Below, one piece after another: positions 60,622 through 64,000 of a stretch of 64,000 nucleotides of DNA. This stretch comes from Chara braunii (Eukaryota > Plantae > Charophyceae), in the NCBI GenBank assembly GCA_003427395.1, contig BFEA01000008.1:1655681-1719680 (forward strand). The letters run 5' to 3'. Every line of letters begins with the position of its first letter. The stretch's first letter is position 1. The notes under the pieces are model-generated. The model saw nothing but the letters and a program-made list of their open reading frames with translations, ran no database searches and was not told the DNA's origin. Both the position numbers and the translations under genes were made by a program.

Positions 60622-61710
60622 GGCGAGGTTGGAGAGGAGGACGAAGGACAGGAGGGAGAGAGCGGAGTGAGAGTTAGATCGTCGTCGTTCTCCTCGCTTT
60701 CCGAGGAGGAAGAGGGAGGAAGATCAGAAGGAGGAAGAAGACAGAGGTAGGAGGTATGTCGGACGATGGGGACAGAGCTATGGCTGGCACTGGCCTCAGG
60801 CGCGATGCGCACTGTGTTGACGCCGTTGGGTCCGAGCTCGACAACGTGAAAACAGTCAGAAAACTTGGGAGCGAGTTTCCGGTCGCGTGCACATTTACGT
60901 ACCTGCACTAGGTCCCCTAATTTATATTGATGCTGGGGCCCAGCATTTCCATTCCGAGCCTCGTAGCTACGGACCTGTCTACCGTGGGCCAGTTCGGTCA
61001 TCCTTTGTCTTTTTCGGGCTAGCTTCGGGACGGCCTGTTCCATTAATTCGTTGTACCTTTTGGCCTTCGCCTTGAGGGCTGCACGCGTGTCTCTACCCCC
61101 TGCTTCGGCAATTTCCGAGTTACCTCGGTAGTCAATACAGGGGAGGCTATTAGTTCGAAGCTGAAAAGGGGTAAACCCCATGGACTCATGAGGAGTGGCC
61201 CGGTGGATCCCAACGATCTGATATACGATCTCGGGCAACGGACGCGTGTCGTGTGCTGCTTAGTTCCTGCGAAGGGCGGTTTTAACCATACGGTTGGCAT
61301 TTTCGGCCAACCCGTTCGACTGGGACACGTGGGGTGCCGTATGTCGAAGCGTGACGCCCCTTCGCGCAAGCAGTTCTTCTACCTCACCCTTGAATTCAGA
61401 CCCATTGTCGGTTAGAATTTCTTCCATATTTAGATGGGTATAGAGGAACCATTCGATGTACGTGGCTATTTCTACGGCTTTTTGGGTCTTGCAGGGATAG
61501 ACTTCGATGTACTTGGAAAAATGGTCTATTAATACTAACAGGATAGAATATTCACAGCAATTTGGGTCAGGTGGCACGTCGATATTTGTCGTGTCCATAC
61601 TGACTCGCTGAAAATGACGCTCTACTTTCGTCGGTACTATCGTGTTTGGTCCCCGTATTGGGGCGCGATCAGCGGCACAGATCAGACAGTTGGCAACAAC
61701 GTATTTGACA
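60618..61710 (-). pseudogene. Integrase (zinc-binding CxxC, DDE core, GPY/F-like tail)
   Basis: VANCLIC, VSMDT, IDHFSKY, LTDNGSEF, QSNGLAENANR, YKLGDLVQVR..KLAPKF. Confidence 0.9.
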
Positions 61711-62223
61711 TTAAATCCGCTGAAAAACGGCCGCTCGTTGAACTGGCGAGTATCGGTAAGGAACGCAGCTAATGGGTGGGTGATCTCCTGTGAGAATGGC
61801 ATGCTCGATCACATTAGTTAGGCCGATGTCATTATCGTGTATGCTCAATAATTCTGCGTAACCATTTACCACATAGATTAACGACTCCCGAAGTTCCGCG
61901 GGAACGTGACTCGGTAGGGTGATTGTTGATTCCCCGAAAATCTTAAGGGACATATCAACCCAATCAACCGGCTGTTCCGCGGATCATAGACACTAGAAAA
62001 AACGGAACTACTGGTGCGAACAGAGAAGACAGTTGCTATCATCTGGGACTCAGTGGGTCATCTCCGTTTCTTTAGTTTCGGCATCAGTCTTTGAACCAAC
62101 CGAGGTCGGTTCCACAGTTAGCCCCGTTAGATCCGTCATTTCTTGCATCAGATCAAGTACATCACTTACCAGTGCTTCCGCCTCCTGTTTAATCAAGGCG
62201 ATAGTGGCTCCTGTCGTTAGTAA

Positions 62224-63804
62224 CTATCTGGGTGGAAAAACAGAAACATCCAAATACTGTTCCGTTTGCTGATAACGCGTTCGTAAGGAGAGAGCTCCTT
62301 CGTACAAAGTGCGAGGGGGTTCCAAATCATCGGCCAGGTCAGATACTTGTAATATTGGTTCCCCGAGCAGGACCGAAGGGCTAACTTGGGATGTCGGAGG
62401 TGCAAGCGCACTCTCTCCTGAATCCACGTGGAAGCTTCGGGCAGTGACAGGGCACACTTGGAATTCTTTGGCAATTATGTGTTCGAAAAGTTCGACCAAG
62501 TGCTTCCATTCATCTTTGCTAGGCAGCTCTTCTTTGTATTCCTGTTCCCCGATTCCACTATCGACGTCTAAGAAAGAACACTCCTCGGGATTAATGTATC
62601 GAATCATCCCTATTTGGGCCGAATTAGAGGTTCGTTTTATCGTTCGGGCGGAAATTCGCAAGGGAACAGTTTGAGGCTTTCCCCTAGTTTGCGTGAGCAC
62701 TCGTTGTTTCGAATCAAAATGCAGTCGTGCGCCCACCGCCATCGCCCAAGGTAATCCCAACAACACGGAATAGGAACGCACATCTATTACGAGCGCGTTG
62801 GCGAGGACGTACACTCGTCCGACCTTTACAACCACATTCTCAATAATGCCTACGATGTTCATTGCTTCCTCGTCGGTTGAGACATAATTGTCTTTGCCAG
62901 ATTGAGGAAGAATGGATCTAAGTCATCTTGTTTTTTTCACCGTATCTAAGGATATGACCACTGCGGAAGACCCTGTGTCGATAAGGGCATTAAACGGCTT
63001 GCCCCAAACTTCACAATCACACTCCGCGCTCTTCCATAATACCGGCTGTGCTCGTACGAAGTGATCTTTTTCTGCTAAAGAGATCGCTGCTATGCGTGCG
63101 GCTTCAGGTTCGCCGGCTTCGGGTTCGGGCGGTGCGACTTCCTCGCTTCCTTCCTTCTTCTTCAACATTCGCTGTATGTGTTGATAGGTAAAACGCTTTT
63201 GATTTTTTTGAGAGTGTTGCAAAAGTTTATCATTCGCAGCTTCGGATATGGTGAGCAAATGTCCTACTGGGATACGAACACGGATGTCTAATTGCATGAG
63301 AGTTCTCAATACGTCAATGTCTCCCGTCCGAAACTGCGGACCAGGATTGGAGTCGCGATCGACCCATTCGAGATCATCTTGGGCCGATCGGATTGCTCCG
63401 ATCATGCCTTCGAGATGAAGATACTCAAGTGGATCGACCACATCAGCAGCGTCAGAGGAAGAAGCTCCCGTTGTCGACGTCGTTGCCATCGAGGGGGAAG
63501 GCTGTTCAGGGGCATATGTCACGAGCTCTCCTCCCTGGGCCGTATCCATCAACGCGGCCACTTGTCCTTGATTCAGGGCCACAGGGGCAACCGCAGGTGG
63601 GGGCTGACTACGTTTTGGCTGTGGACAGTCACGGAGGAAATGTCCGGGCTGTTTGCAGTTAAAACATTCGATCTTTCCTGTTGGGTGAGGGAACTGAGGT
63701 GCGTACCCTAGTGCAGGCGGGGCAGGCAGGAGTGGAAAAGACGCGGGGGCAGGTCGAGCAGGGGCCGGGTTAGGCTTAATCAACCTGCTCATTATCTGTT
63801 CCAT
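62224..63804 (-). pseudogene. Gag zinc knuckle and aspartic protease
   Basis: CFNCKQPGHFLRDC, ALIDTGSS, VLLGLPW. Confidence 0.9.
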
Positions 63805-64000
63805 CCGCTCTATATGAGCGGCCTACATTTGGATGAAGTTGCTCATCCATTCGGACTGCTTGGTAGTGGCCGTATGGATCATCTGGGCAAAATGTAAGTT
63901 GGTTAAGGTTGGCGAGGGGGGTTCGAGTGAGATCCCACTTTTGACTGTCGCGATCGGTTGATTCACCGGGGGAGAGGAAGACGAAACAGGCGGGATATCG

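Larger units (their letters stand above)
57410..64000 (-). mobile_element. Ty3/Gypsy LTR retrotransposon with RT/RNase H deleted and extra 3' ORFs; runs off the window
   Basis: Order is gag, protease, RT N-terminal stub, integrase. LTR boundaries not resolved. Confidence 0.85.

Overview
Eukaryotic, repeat-dense window with several N gaps and no convincing intact host gene. The element and ORF repertoire suggests a charophyte alga such as Chara; this is an inference. Contents: (1) five decayed L1/Tx1-type non-LTR retrotransposons on the minus strand plus many short 3'-end copies; (2) a chain of PIF/Harbinger-type TIR elements joined end-to-end at CWG sites, one apparently carrying a Myb/SANT (trihelix) gene; (3) hAT-like and palindromic MITEs; (4) an RT-deleted Ty3/Gypsy element with extra ORFs; (5) a three-copy gene family of unknown function. 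The strongest unexplained signals are RNA structures. A ~53-nt hairpin-plus-pseudoknot module (possibly a tandem pseudoknot) with compensatory changes occurs 11 times in full at the 3' ends of divergent LINEs and short elements. Two type III hammerhead ribozymes are present, one inside a ~415-bp retrozyme/Penelope-like unit. The LINE proteins also show candidate accessory domains (NUDIX-like in ORF1, SH3/Tudor-like in ORF2). All alignments and folds were read by eye, so boundaries are approximate.
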